Assembly (NCBI GenBank): GCA_964016885.1
Contig: OZ024741.1
Span: 68,138,001 to 68,202,000, forward strand
Reading direction: 5' to 3'
DNA length: 64,000 bases
Origin: Eledone cirrhosa
Lineage: Eukaryota
A program made the translations under genes and the position numbers. Of the stretch, positions 22,672 to 37,539 are shown piece by piece. Every line of letters begins with the position of its first letter. Position 1 is the first letter of the stretch. The notes under the pieces are model-generated. The model was not told the DNA's origin. It saw only the letters and a list, made by a program, of their open reading frames with translations, and made no database searches.

Positions 22672-22675
<4 letters not shown>
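21308..22675 (+). repeat. Non-coding ~455-bp tandem array (about 3 units) with an inverted 60-bp terminus, inside (TA)n; PLE pLTR or retrozyme-like
   Basis: ACTCGATATGCAAATTAGG recurs at 21366, 21827 and 22282. Positions 21308-21368 are the reverse complement of about 21734-21795. Each unit has one hammerhead motif. Confidence 0.85.
22372..22412 (+). ncRNA. Minimal type I hammerhead ribozyme motif (best copy of three)
   Basis: CGGTG-CTGACGA-tAGCTaacaAGCTt-GAAA-CTAG-TA-CATCG gives stem I (one G-U), core, stem II, palindromic stem III and a GUA cleavage triplet. Variants lie at 21456-21502 (stem II disrupted by a local duplication) and 21917-21957 (core CTGACAA). Confidence 0.72.
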
Positions 22676-22752
<77 letters not shown>

Positions 22753-23258
22753 TATATATATATATATAATAAACATCATACATAGATACGTATTTATGTA
22801 AAAACAGGTATTATTGTTTAGCACTGAGACCAAGTCAGTTATTTTGGTACACTGGAATAAATATACATATCTTACATGTTGACAAAACGGGTTTCTTCTT
22901 TTTTTTGTATGATAAATATACAGTTGACATCATACTAGTCTTTAACATTCATGAACTGAGACAATTATACAGCCAGGCCAACCAAAACTTCGTTCTACTC
23001 CGTTATTGCTAGCTTATGTATAAAGTGCACAAAGGTGTATAATTATCAGGTATTGAAAGATGCTTCATCCAAATACAAGCTGTCACGGTTGGCAACCATC
23101 AAGTATTGATACGCCGATTTAGATTTATAAGCCCAAGTAAAAGAATGACAGAGTATATACATGCATATATAATTTTTCGGGTTTTAAATATTTATTTCAC
23201 ATGCACACTGTTATCAACCACTTTCCATAAAGACTTGTTACAGCTCTCTCCCCCTCTC

Positions 23259-23306
<48 letters not shown>

Positions 23307-23826
23307 TCACTCTCTATCTCTCTCACTCTCTCTCTCTCTCTCTCTCTCAATCTCACTCCCTCTCTCTCTCATGTTTCCTTCTATGTGTTCTTACTCATTT
23401 GTTTAATAAAAGAAAACTTGATGTATTGTTTCTGGGGATAGGCAGCAAAATAGAAATGCTTTTTCGAAGTTGATGGTATGAAGTTGCATAACTGCTTTTG
23501 ATTATTCTCCACATTGATAATTTGGTTCTCTGACACGATTGTAAAGAATAGCTTAAATAACTACTTCACGTTGTTTTTTCTTATACTTTCATTGTTTAAC
23601 ATTGCATATATATATATTTAGTGGAATTAAAATTATAAAGTTTCCAGTACGGCCTTCCGTTGTTCTTTTTAATGAATATTTCATTCCGTTCCTGCTCCAA
23701 CCACTGGATACCTCATCAACATTGGATGATCTGCATAACGTCGAGTGCTTTAATTTACTGCATTATCATTATCATTACTAATCGAAATCACCAGTTCCAT
23801 CCATTGGTAAACAACGTAACATAAAT

Positions 23827-23921
<95 letters not shown>

Positions 23922-25074
23922 GCATACATATACAGAAACTATAAAGCAAACAACATAGTACAACGATAAATATAATAGTTTAATGCTTGATATAGTAGGA
24001 AACGAGAGGAAAAGAAAAGAAAAATAAAGAGAGAGAAAAGAATGCACTCAAGATACGAAGCTATTCATTTGAAGCTGAAAACTGGTCTGATAAAGTCAGT
24101 TAGGTTTCATGGTTACATAGGGATAAAATTCAAAATAAGCTGTTGATTACCTGCATGAATAACCAGGAATATTTCGTCATGTACTGTAGTATTTCAACCG
24201 CAGTCTCACCATAAAAGGAAAATCTTTATCTTGCCTAGTAGACAAAAATTCGAGAGACGTGTGCAATTATTACCAACTCCATACTTACGCTTATTTTTAT
24301 CTAGTCAGGAAGAATAAAAGAAATATAGCTTATCCTAAAGGTATTTGAACAAAGTATGTACAAAATGGGATTAGCTACAAGGTATTTTGGCACTAGAAGT
24401 AGCGAATGTGGAGTATTAAAGAACATGAGAGAGATGAAACAGTTTGAACCAAAGAAATTCATAATTTTATGTGAAATATGTTGTTTAATTCCACAACTCA
24501 ACTCCGTACTCACAATGGGCCTAGTACTGCAGCTTAGTAAAGGTGTCAAGTTGCAGAAAGACGTTTCATATATGTTTTATATATCTCGTTATCCAGAACC
24601 TTTGTAGATAATATAATTTTAGTGGCTTATTGTAGATTATCAGTGTAAGAACATACCAGATACCCACATTGAAGATTTGGCTTGTCAAAAGCTGAGCGTC
24701 TTTTCCGCCTTGGCTCAACTTCATAGCTACATCAATATATTCACTGCTTCCTCACCTTCTTGGATCTATTCATCATTTATTTCTAGGCAAGGTTGCAAAC
24801 CACGTGTTCGTATTTTCTCTTTTCTCGACATGGCTAAAAGTCAAGGAGAGGGGAGTTCCATATAGGCCAATTCCAAGTACTTGTTATCCGGAGCCAGTTG
24901 ATCCTGAGGCAGGGTAGTCACTCCGTATAATAATTAGTGACGCGACTACCACCATAAATAATTATTTATACCTGAAAGAATTAGCAAGAGAAGACAAAAA
25001 ACAATGAAAATTATGGCAACATTTAGAGTATGTCACACATGGTAATATCATTTATACTACGAGTAGTGAAATAA

Positions 25075-25135
25075 ATCGAACCGTCGGCCTTTCGATCACA
25101 GGTCGAATATACGAACCATTAAGCCACACGCCTTT
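25075..25135 (-). mobile_element. tRNA-like SINE head fragment
   Basis: Minus strand reads TGGCTTAATGG (A box)...GGTTCGATT (B box). Confidence 0.45.
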
Positions 25136-25359
25136 AAGTGGACACAGCAAATAAATGTCAAACGTTCTATTGGTTATGATAGGTCATATTTGCATTCGTA
25201 GTAATAATTTCATATATATTTTAAATGCAGGGTACAACAAATACATACTGCAATAAAGTTACAACGTTAATGACCGGTAGAAACACATCTATAGAAAAAC
25301 GAGAAGAAGGTTGTAGAAAATGAAATATCCATTTGTTAACCACTATCTCCCACCGAATA

Positions 25360-25485
<126 letters not shown>

Positions 25486-25877
25486 ATGATGATCGCACTG
25501 AGCCAATCCCACTCTCTGAGCAACAGTAGCTATAACCCGAAAAGAAGAAAAGATAAACATCATCAGCAACTACTGACCCGCAGGTTTTATGTCGGGGTTA
25601 TCCCAGTTTCCTGAGTTGCCTTCTCCTAGAAGAATGACCTGTCAAAGGCTAGGGGTCCTTCACTCCAAGTGGTTTAACCGCGCGATCGGGTGTCCCCGCG
25701 CATATACATACACATGCACCCATGTATATACACATATACACACATATGTACATGTGTATATACATATTTACACACTTTTGGATGGCCGTTGATTTTTATG
25801 AGTTCTTCTGCCCTTTGTATATGCATACATACATACATACATACATACATACATACATACATACATACATACATACA

Positions 25878-25910
<33 letters not shown>

Positions 25911-25911
25911 G

Positions 25912-26800
<889 letters not shown>

Positions 26801-27221
26801 CTTATACACGACATATGTGCGTAAGCAACAGTTCGTATGGCGCATCGGGCAGTTTCTGAGTCGTTGAACTCTGACAAGAATTCAAGCCACGTGCTAAGAA
26901 CTCAATTGGATATGAAAAAGTAATTATATGTGCGCATCGCTTTATGACACATATAGATATTTTCTCGGGCAAAATAACAGAATGAGATACAAGAACAAAC
27001 AATCAATATTCATATAAAAAATAAACAAAGAGAGTCATACCTTATATCGGAAAAGTTCATATCTGTTGCTCCAAGAGTAAATATATAAATACATAATCGG
27101 AGAAAGCTAAAAGCGATACCCAGGCCAAATTCCAACTCACTCAACAAACATTAGGAAATACCTGAGTATATTCCCAATTGAACGTTTGGGGTGCTAACTA
27201 TATATATGTATATATATATAT

Positions 27222-28885
27222 GTGTGTGTGTATATATATATATGTGTGTACCCATCAATTAACATTGATTTTGCTGTGGAAAAATGTGTGGAGATGATCA
27301 TTGAGAGTGAGGTAGAGTTCTGCGACGTCGACACAGACGAACTGGGCCTCCTACTTAGACTTACCTACGACACTGACTACCTAGACAGCCATAACCTTAG
27401 ACGTTTCTGCCCCAGTAGACCCATAAGAGGTAGACCCCCCACCATAACCTCAATGGCTAAAAGGACTCCCATGGGAAGGTCTATTGGCTGGATCAAAGCT
27501 ATACGGACCCCCCAAAACAATGATCAGGTAAGAAAAATGGTCGCACATGCAATAGGGGCTAGTATCAAAACTACCCTAAAGGGCCACATATTCAAGTTCA
27601 ACGAGAAGATCTACACCCAAAATGAGGGAGCAGCCATTGGCGTCAGCATAGCTGGTGATGTTGCCAACCTTTTTATGGTATGGTGGGAAAGGAGACTTAA
27701 AGAGCTCCTTAATGAGAGCTCCATAGACCTCATCCTGAACTCTCGTTACGTAGACGATATCGATATAGTTATAAGAACATCCCCACTAGAGAGCACTAAC
27801 AAGTTTGATTTAGAACGTAGCACAATGGAAAGCATCCAGCAGATAGCCAATTCCATACACCAGAGTATAACTGTAACTATCGACTACCCTTCCAAACACC
27901 CTAATAATAGACTACCTGTATTAGACACGGAACTCTGGATTAACACTATAGACGAGAGAGCCCAAATTCTCCACTCACCCATGGCCTCCAAATACCTGAT
28001 ACTCAAAAACTCAGCAATGTCTAGTAGTGCTAAGTTTAATATTCTGATCGCAGATTTGGTACGAGTGAGGAAGAATGTGTCTCGCATGTGCGACCCACCA
28101 GAAATGGAAAGATACATCCAACACTTCATCAACCGCATGCAGTTCTCTGGCTACAACCAAAGAGACAGAGTCAGAGTATACGAAGGAGCCATGGAGAAGT
28201 ATAAGACCCTCATAAAACTGGACATGAAAGGAATTTTCCCATTATACAGGAGCAAATCATGGAATAGCTTAGATAGGGCTAGACATAAGATAGGGAAAGC
28301 CACCTCATGGTACGACAACCAGAGATACCAGAGTGTCATGTTTGTGGACGCTAACCCTGGAGGGAAATTAGCTAACCAGTGTAGAAAGGCCCTGAGAAAG
28401 ACCCACTTAAAGATTAAGGTGGTAGAAAAGCCAGGAACCACCATAAAATTCCTGATCAGCAAAACCTACCCTTTTAAGAAAACCCACTATACTAATAGGA
28501 AATGTATCATATGTAAGGTAAACTCCGGATAAACTGTAAAACTAGAAACGTAGTCTATAGCATAAGATGTACAGAGGGTACTTGCAGAAACATGACAACA
28601 TACATAGGCGAGACAGCTCGTAGCATAGGTGAAAGGACAGACCAACACTGGGGGAACTAAAAGGACGAAAAAACAGTTCAGTACTATACGAACATGCCAA
28701 ACAACAACACGATGGTAACATAGACAACATAGAAATTAAAATAATATCTAAACATAGAAATGACCTAGCAGATAGGAAAAAATGAGAGTGCCAGTGAAAT
28801 AGAACTTAGAAGGCCAAGGCTAAACAGAAAGAATGAATGGAATAACAACAACACCCAAACAAACAACACTGACCTAAGAGAAGTA
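27222..28885 (+). pseudogene. PLE reverse transcriptase / GIY-YIG ORF, truncated and disrupted
   Basis: YPSI, QNEGAAIGVSIAGDVANLFM, SRYVDDI and LPVLD motifs. A stop at 28530-28532 precedes the GIY-YIG domain. The start given in the track lies in microsatellite. Confidence 0.85.
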
Positions 28886-29393
28886 TAAATAAATAAATAG
28901 ATAAATAAATAAATAAATACACAAGCACAATAACAACAAACACATATAAACACACACTAGTAAAGATAGAATACATTAATCAATACACAGTCACCCAATC
29001 ACGAACACACATCAAACAAAACACTATACACACACGCAAACGCATGCGCAAAGAAGACAAAATAAAATAAACAAATAAATAAATATATAAACAGACTAAA
29101 TAAAGATGGCGTAGAAAATACAATGCAATGGGAGGAAACAATAGCACCACTGACGATGTTGCAGATGTGCAACGAAAGAACTTTGATAAACTATATATAT
29201 GTGTTTGTGTCTATATTGTATCTGTATTATTTTTGACCGTTGGTTAGTCAATGGCAACATTGAGGACCGAATAAATTAGATTACCGATATAAAAGACACA
29301 GAAGCGAAAAGCGAAAACCAACCAAACAGTGAGTGTGTTCTCTTATTAATTCTGGCAATATTACACAAATATGACCCTCCCCAAGTATAACAA
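27246..29393 (+). mobile_element. Penelope-like element, 5'-truncated (RT + GIY-YIG + pLTR), flanked by (TA)n
   Basis: RT followed by frameshifted NCKTRNVVYSIRC...YIGETARS. The 3' terminus TATGACCCTCCCCAAGTATAACAA recurs at about 45745, 47655-47869 and 60905-61772. Confidence 0.88.
29146..29187 (+). ncRNA. Hammerhead ribozyme motif in PLE pLTR (partly degenerate)
   Basis: CTGACGA-tGTTGCAgatgTGCAAC-GAAA-GAAC-TT-TGAT. Copies at 61527-61568 (+) and about 61109-61150 (-). Confidence 0.6.
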
Positions 29394-29411
29394 TATATAT
29401 ATATATATATA

Positions 29412-30060
29412 TAACGAAGGAAGTGTGGTAAGGAACCAGGTGGACCATAACGCACCAGAGTACTAAATACTTAGGGTAAAGAGTGGGTAATAGGAAAATG
29501 TTCAAGATACCGACGGCAGAGCTCAAGCCGTTTCGACGGCTATTTCTGGACTAAATTAGATTTTAGCGCGGTAATAAATAGCTGAACTTTTCAAGGCGTC
29601 GTTCCATGTCACACAGTGACATTCAACAAACAGGCAGAGAATGGACTGACAGCTAGCGTCACCCCACTCCCACAATTGAAAGAACTACTTCAGCCGCTGA
29701 CCTCTGCCTGACCGACCCCATTTCACGCGCACGCACGCTCTGCTGAATACCTCAGATATTCAAAACAACGAAGAGCGGAGGACACGTTTCGCACCTTTCC
29801 GACAGACAACCTTTCCCCACCCCGGAAAAAATCCCCAGTTGATGGATGTGAATCCGAAATATATAGGGACAATTAAATCTCTCCCAAGGTAACTCTCTCT
29901 CGTGTTGTTATTTTTATTTTTAACCTCGCGCTCTTTCCTTCGTTCCTCTACACGTCTTATACACGCCACGCATCTCAACGTACACCCATTTACATCTCTC
30001 TCTCTCTCTCTCACTCTCCACCACCGAATCTTGTTACCCGGAGATTTACCCATTTGCATT
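29412..30060. mobile_element. Composite of two PLE pLTR-like remnants in (TA)n
   Basis: 29412-29545 matches 40142-40275. About 29700-29990 is an inverted match to 25912-26150. Confidence 0.6.
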
Positions 30061-30238
30061 GTCTAGGCTTCCAAACGACTTAAAGAAATTTACCTTATTA
30101 TTCCACAATGCTTCAAGCAAACTTCAATACTATACACACACACATATATATACACACACATGTGTGTATATATGTATATTTAGTTATGTATCTTAATGTG
30201 TGTATATGTACGTATATGTATGTATGTATATGAATGTA

Positions 30239-30336
<98 letters not shown>

Positions 30337-30392
30337 TATGTGTGTGTATATATATATATGTGTGTGTATGTGTGTGTATGTGTATATGTATG

Positions 30393-30423
<31 letters not shown>

Positions 30424-31223
30424 ATATATATGTATATATATATACCCATCTGGAGGTATGAGTACATATTCGTGTGTGTACGTATGTGTATGTGTGTTTT
30501 TATATGTATCTCTATATGTTTTTGTGTATGTATGTGGATGTATTTGTACATGGGTGTGTGATTGATGGTGTGTGCCTATATATTCCTACATATGCCCGTG
30601 TGTGTATGTACGTATATGCGCACATATGTGTGTGTTGAACAAAGGACTAACTTTGGGATGGACGTAGAAAAATTCTTCAGGAAAAAAAAAAAATAATAAT
30701 TATTCACAAACTTGACAGGTGCGATTTGCCTGTGACCATTCTCAACACAAAAGCAATACTAAAAGCTTTTTCCCCTGAATAAAGGGGAAATTTTTCGAGA
30801 ATGACCGGGGCAGGCCGCACTTGCTACATTTCTCCCCACCCAACCCTACTCACCGTCTCAACTCATTACTGCTATTAACACTTTTTCAACACACCTACAC
30901 CCATGCACTTATTAAAGAGGGAGAAAAGAAACCGCCGCCACGCCACAGACATGTTAAATCCCTATATATAGAACAACACACCACATACACATCAGTTTGA
31001 CAAGCGCACCTCAGCGTGAAAGGTCTTTCTAAAAACGAAACAATACCTCCTACGTTAACCAAGAACTCCTAAGACCTAACCAACAACCAACAACTTAATT
31101 TATAAAATAATTTATTTTAAGAAAAAAAATTTTTCTAATCCGGAAAAAAATTCTTTTTGGATTTTGTGAAGAAAATAAATTTGTTGAAAGCACAAGTGAA
31201 GCCATTTTTTCTTCCCCACTGTC

Positions 31224-31310
<87 letters not shown>

Positions 31311-31605
31311 GAAGAGAGAAAGCGGGACAGACAGAGAGAGTAAGAAATGTGTGTGGGGGGAGGGGTACACGTCTATCTCTATCTCCAACAGGGGGCTCAA
31401 ACATGGTAGACCAGACTGAAAAGAGATAATATATATATATATATGTGACACTTAAATATAAATGCATGTATATATACATACGTAAATGTATGTATGTATG
31501 TATGTATGTATGACATGGCAGCGATAATGATGGACAGAGACCGCTGGAGAGAACTTGTCCATGGATCTCGGGAATTTTACCCGCCCTAGAGATGTATGTA
31601 TGTAG

Positions 31606-31703
<98 letters not shown>

Positions 31704-32199
31704 CTACATATATACATACATACATATATACTTACATAAATGTATGAATGTATGTAGATTTATATATATATATATAAATCTACATATATACATACATATA
31801 TACATACATAAATGTATGTATGTATGTATGTATGTATGTAGATTTATATATATATATATAAATCTACATACATGGTGGCTGCCAACTCGTTTTCGAGTAT
31901 GGCCACTATTTTATATCCATGTAGGAGAACCCCTTCCGATGCGCTGAACGAGTGTGACTTTTTAGTCCAGCCAGCGACTTGAAAACTCTGGTACAAACAC
32001 TACACTTGTGACAATTATTGACACACAGTGCTGGGCCCATGGTACCATGTGATGGCAAGTGCAGAGAGATCTCCAGATATAAAGCAATGCCTGTGCCGTG
32101 AAGCTTTTATAGTGAGCAAAAGCACTGTACAAAGCCAGTCCCACTCTCTTAACCAAGATGATATTTACCAAAAAGAAGAACAAGTCAAAATCATTGGAT

Positions 32200-32465
32200 A
32201 CCATCAGGGCTGCAGGTGTTATATCAGAGTTTTCTTTCTCCTAGAATTCTGCCTTGACAAAGGCTAAGGGGTCATCTCTCCCTGTGATTTTGGATGGCCA
32301 TTGACTCTTAAGAGCTCCTTTGCCCTTTGACAGGTTTTGTTTTTAGTCCTGCAGGATGTCCAAAGTCACCCTCCTCACCAAGAAACCTTGGTGGGGTTGC
32401 CAGTTTAGTCGCCAACGACCCGACCATGAGACAGGTTGTACTGGGATACATGTTACCAGTAGCAC
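32200..32465 (-). mobile_element. Probable RTE-clade LINE 5' UTR remnant (related piece at about 25570-25800)
   Basis: Both loci share TTCTCCTAGA...CAAAGGCTA.GGG and TTTTGGATGGCC.TTGA. The assignment to RTE rests on recalled resemblance only. Confidence 0.4.
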
Positions 32466-32722
32466 CAAGTATACACCAATGTATACATACATACATTTAT
32501 GTATGTATATGGCTATGCATTTATACAACTGTATATATACGTGCATTTATTATTAAAGTGTGTAAGAATGTTGACATGATTATTTGTGGGGGTTTTTTGG
32601 TGGGTACGGAGACAATTCAGCCTCCAGACTTTATTACATAGGGAGATTAAATACCACAACTCTGGCTGAAAGCTGACCAGGTACTCAACCTTATCAAACA
32701 CTAACGCAGGCCTCTGTGTGTA

Positions 32723-32858
<136 letters not shown>

Positions 32859-33169
32859 TATGTATGTACGTACGTATGCAAGTGTGCATTTCTGTTGAAG
32901 TTGTTCTTGTAACTGTTGTCAAAGTTGACTTTCTTATGTTCATTTTCTTTGATTTCTTTTGTTTTTCTTTTATCTCTCTAGGGAATCCGTTGACAAGCTT
33001 CTTTTATTTATTTTCTTCGTTTTTTTTCATTCAAATGCATTCGCACTGGCTGTCTAAGAGACGTACAAATCTGACTTATAAAACTTACCAAACTAAAGGG
33101 GCTTCCAGCCCCCCCCCCCCCACCCCACACACACACACATGCAAAGCCTCAACATCCCCCCCTAACGCC

Positions 33170-35330
33170 TTCTTGCTGCAACCCCTTTTTCATTCGTTAG
33201 GGTGGATTTCAGCTTTTGTACAGTTGATTCATATTCATGTCCATTCAAATCTCTGCTCTTTTTTCAACAAGTCCTGAAGGGGTGCAGTCGTGTCGCTGAA
33301 TGTTTCTACACCTGTTTGAAAGGTGAAATGGATGTTATATTGGCAAATTTGCATAAAATGTTTCACCTCAGCCGCCGATTTCGGGCTAGCGAGTTTGGTG
33401 ATTGCTGCCACTTTGACAGGGTTTGCAGACATGCCTTTCGGTAAGAATTTGTAGCCAAAATAATGCACTTTTGATTTGTTCCATTCAAATTTGTCTCTAC
33501 GCAGAGTAAAACTCTTATCACTGAGTCTTTGCAGCATTATTCTTAAATGTTGATCTTGTTGATCTGTGTCATGTATGATAGTTTCGTCTTTTATTTGTAC
33601 ATCATGTACCCTGATAAATCACAAACGGCTCGAAGTTATTTCTCGTGGAAGTCCTTATTCGCAAGTGAGCCGTCTAAGTGAGGCATCCATAATTAGACGC
33701 TTAAATCGGAACATGCCAAAATGAATGCGAAAGTTTGTGAAGTGTCTTGATTGCTTATTGAGGGGCATTTGGTGGAAGGCATGATTCAGATCTAGTTTTT
33801 TTTAAGTATTTAAAGATTGGCGGATCTGAAGTATTGGTGGAATGGTGTAGTGTGTTCGCTTGATTAATATGTTTGCGTCTCGTATGTCTACTGTCAAGCG
33901 AATGTTGTTACCGTCTCCCCACTTAGTAATAACTAAATTAGAGAACCCTTCTAAATCTTCTTTAGAGTTCGAGGGTACCTCGACAATATCATTAGCCAAA
34001 CGTCCATCTAGGTGTTCATCAACTTTTTCTCTCTATGCCAGAGAGAAGGGACAAAATCGTTGTACTACTTGTGTAACATGGGTACCTATCTTAAACTCAA
34101 TTTCCTTATCATTGAATGATCCAATTTCATCAGTTATGGGATCAAATTCGTGGAGATCTTTTCTATGAAGCTCGGTAGTTGACAATAACGTCTTCTAATC
34201 TGTGTGGATTAATTTTCAAAATGACAAGTACATTGGTATCTTCGCAACCGAACTAGAATTCAGTTTTATCTTCTACAATGTAAATCGACGAGTCGTGTTT
34301 TGCATCAGCTATTGAACATAGTGTTACTTTTGTACGACCTTCGGTTGGGAGTAGTTGTTTTGTACTATAAGGCGTGAACTTGGTGTTTCTTAAACTCTTA
34401 CCACAGCTAAAATCAACTCGTTTGAATGTCTCCATGTCATTTATAGACTTTCAGAGTTTCATAGCCACATGTCTTATCTGAGGCTACAGATCCCACAACT
34501 ACGTGACCAGCATCATTGTGTACGACACCACCGCTGGAATCTGAATCGTTGTTATGCACAGCAAGATCCTTTATGTTTGATATCTTACGGCCTGACATTT
34601 TCCCACTGAAAACATTAAAACATTAGCCTTCACACAATGTTCACTTGCCCATACAAACTAAATATTTTTTGCCTTTTGCTGGACATGATTCCTTTTGATG
34701 AGCCTTTTATTTCTCGTATCCAAATTTGTCAATGTAGCTCTATTGTTGTGGGTCTTTCGGGGAGTCTTAATAGTATGTACAGTTTCTGCTTACGACATAT
34801 GGTCTACTTGCTTGTCAGTAGTCTCAAGCGTACACACTAGTCTAAACCAGTGTCCCATAATTCTTGTAGGGCTTTCTCCGAAGGTGAAGGCATCTCTGAT
34901 GTATAGTTATCCAGTTGACCTCTCATTGCTTCCTCTAAACCTCGAGTATACCAGTCTGAAAAATCTAACCCTAACACTAACTTCCGAGGCATGTCACAAA
35001 AGAGTGTGTGCATGGGTTATACCTGATTGATTGTTGTTTTAAACGTTCCTCGATGTTTGTTACGGTTTGACTGAAAGAATCTTGTTTTGACTTCTCTTGT
35101 ATGATAGAAGAGGGTCAAGAAATCATCACCGCCCCATATCTGTATCAGATGTTTCTGTTTAGCGTAAGTGATTATATCTTCTGTGGTGAATATTAATTCC
35201 GTTCAATTCACATATTTCTCAAATCTGTCTAATGTTTCTGTGGCGTCATTGCTTTGCAGAGTGTTCTAGTGTTCTAATGTTCTACAGAGGGTGTTCGCTG
35301 CCATGTCTACGAACAGTTAGAAATACATCG
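33170..35330 (-). mobile_element. Decayed Ty3/Gypsy LTR retrotransposon internal region (gag-pro-RT)
   Basis: IRLTVDIRDANILIKRTHYTIP, LDLNHAFHQMPL, LQRL...FEWNKSKVHYFGY...ANPVKVAAI and APLQDLLKKEQRFEWT. Many stops; no LTR pair found. Confidence 0.8.
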
Positions 35331-36191
35331 CAGATGAAATGTCTGATTAAGTAGGTCAGAATCGAATCAAAGTCAATCAGTTCTAACGCATTAGACTATT
35401 TTCCCGATAATATAGTATTTATATTAAAGGGACACCGGAATGAACAGTGTCAAGAATTATTGGAATTGTTGTGCACCACGGGGAGAATCGAGGGAAGAAA
35501 CTATCTTTTCAAATTCCAGTGGACCACAATTTATAGTATGGCCAGTTCCTGCATTGGACATTTACAAAGTGGTATGACTCCCTACCTCTGATAGAACAAT
35601 AGAAACATAAGTCAGAATATTTCACACATTATATTTAGAAAAGCAAATCATTCTTTACTTCATTCGTTGTGTAGAGAGACAAATAGAGAGAGAATGTGTG
35701 TGGTAGACTGTTGTTACGGATAATAGTTGTATTAATATTAGGCTTATGATAATATTAACTGGAGTAGTTAAACTCACTTACCCGTTGATTTAAAGCTCAA
35801 TGCAGTGGGGATCACGCAGAGCTGTTATACATTAATTTCAGAAACACCGAAGATTGAAAGTATTATCACACTGACAAATGTTTCTGCCAGTATAGAGTTT
35901 CTATTGTTGGGTTATAATATTAAAATATAACCCGTGGGTTTCAATTCCAGATCGGTATCATCAGAGTTTATTAAAGGCTTTATTAATATTTCACATATAG
36001 TAACAATTAATCACATAAAAGCACGCATTAATTATTTATTATGCTAACAATTTACAGAAGTTTCCCGAAAATTTCAAAAAGACCATTTCGAAAAGCCATT
36101 GTAAAGTAGTTCAAGTATGGCAATGATGAAGAGATGACTATGTTTGTGAGAGCAATATGGTGGATAGAGGGGATGTTACAATTAAAGACGA

Positions 36192-36526
36192 TCTTATTTT
36201 GTCTTACAATTACAGAGGATCTTATTTTGACTTACAGAGAGTCTTATTTTGACTTACAATTACAGACAATCTTATTTTGACTTACAATTACAGACAATCT
36301 TATTTTGACTTACAATTACAGACAATCTTATTTTGACTTACAGAGATTCTTATTTTGACTTACAATTACAGAGGATCTTATTTTGACTTACAATTACAGA
36401 GAATCTTATTTTGACTTACAATTACAGAGAATCTTATTTTGACTTACAATTACAGAGAGTCTTATTTTGACTTACAATTACAGAGAATCTTATTTTGACT
36501 TACAATTACAGACAATCTTGTTTTGA
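36192..36526 (+). repeat. 28-bp minisatellite with 22-bp variants, about 13 units
   Basis: Unit TCTTATTTTGACTTACAATTACAGAGAA. Confidence 0.93.
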
Positions 36527-36566
36527 AAGATCGTATTTAAAAGTTTAGAGTCATTATTAAAAGAAG

Positions 36567-36760
36567 GGCGCTGGTTTGGCAGTATCGGTAGAGGGTTGGA
36601 CGCCATGCTTTCCAGCATAGTTACGTTCCTTTACGATCTGAGTTCAAATCCCGCCGAGGTTGACTTTGCTTTTCATCCTTACGGGGTCGATAAAATAAAG
36701 TACCAGTAATGCCCTGGGTAATTGCTGGCCTTGTGCCTAAAGTAGAAACAATTATATTAT
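36567..36760 (+). mobile_element. Same SINE family
   Basis: Complete head, B-box, core and ATT-rich tail. Confidence 0.8.
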
Positions 36761-37539
36761 ATTATTACATTTTATTATCTTATTATAATTTTCATCTTTT
36801 AATGTACTATCCTTCCTAGTTATTACCATTATTTACCTATCTATATTTATCCTAGTTATTTCTGTATATTTTATATTTAATTATTTATATTCACCTAAAA
36901 ATTCCATACAACACAACTCAGCATTTAATTTTTACATTCCTTTTTAAACTTCACTGCACCATCTACATTCCACTATCAATATAACAGTTCCTTTATATTC
37001 ATAGGTTCTTTATAGTAATTCTATTTTTAACACCATTCAACCATTCCTTTCAAAGGGTCGTGACCTCAACTAAAGTGTGTTATATTTCATCTTAACATCA
37101 TATGGCAAAAAACCATTTGATTGGTTTGTTCTTCAGCTACCTCCAAATAAGGTCATAGAACTCAATTTACTATTGATTTTGAATAAAATTTTCATTGCTT
37201 TTGACAACGGCTGATGATATACATGTAGGTAAATATATTCCTTATTTGATATTTTGTAACTAGCCCTACATAGATCAATAACGAAATATGCGCACGATGT
37301 ATTATTATCACCTAGAAACGATTGTAAAGCAGTGAAGTATATTTCTAATGACTTCAATTTTTATTTCATTGTTTTAACTTATATCATGACCTCTGTTTTC
37401 CTTTTGATGTTTTATTGTTTTCCAGGATTTATTTTAACCTACAACATTTTCAACATATGGATTACATTGAGTTCTTCATGCAGACTAGACCCCACAACTT
37501 ACCGTGGATATCTCTGTATATGTATATATATATATATAT

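Noticed and set aside
35400-35821. Possible minus-strand host exons (40-nt AG...GTAAGT at 35782-35821; acceptor near 35588)
   Set aside because: The joined peptide is short, stops early and has no recognisable homology; splice-like motifs arise by chance.
35925-35970. Hammerhead-like CTGATGA...GAAA on the minus strand (similar partial hits at 20438, 30997, 41400, 47237, 48097 and 57150)
   Set aside because: Stem I, stem II, the GAAA box or the NUH triplet is missing, so these are not supportable without a family consensus.
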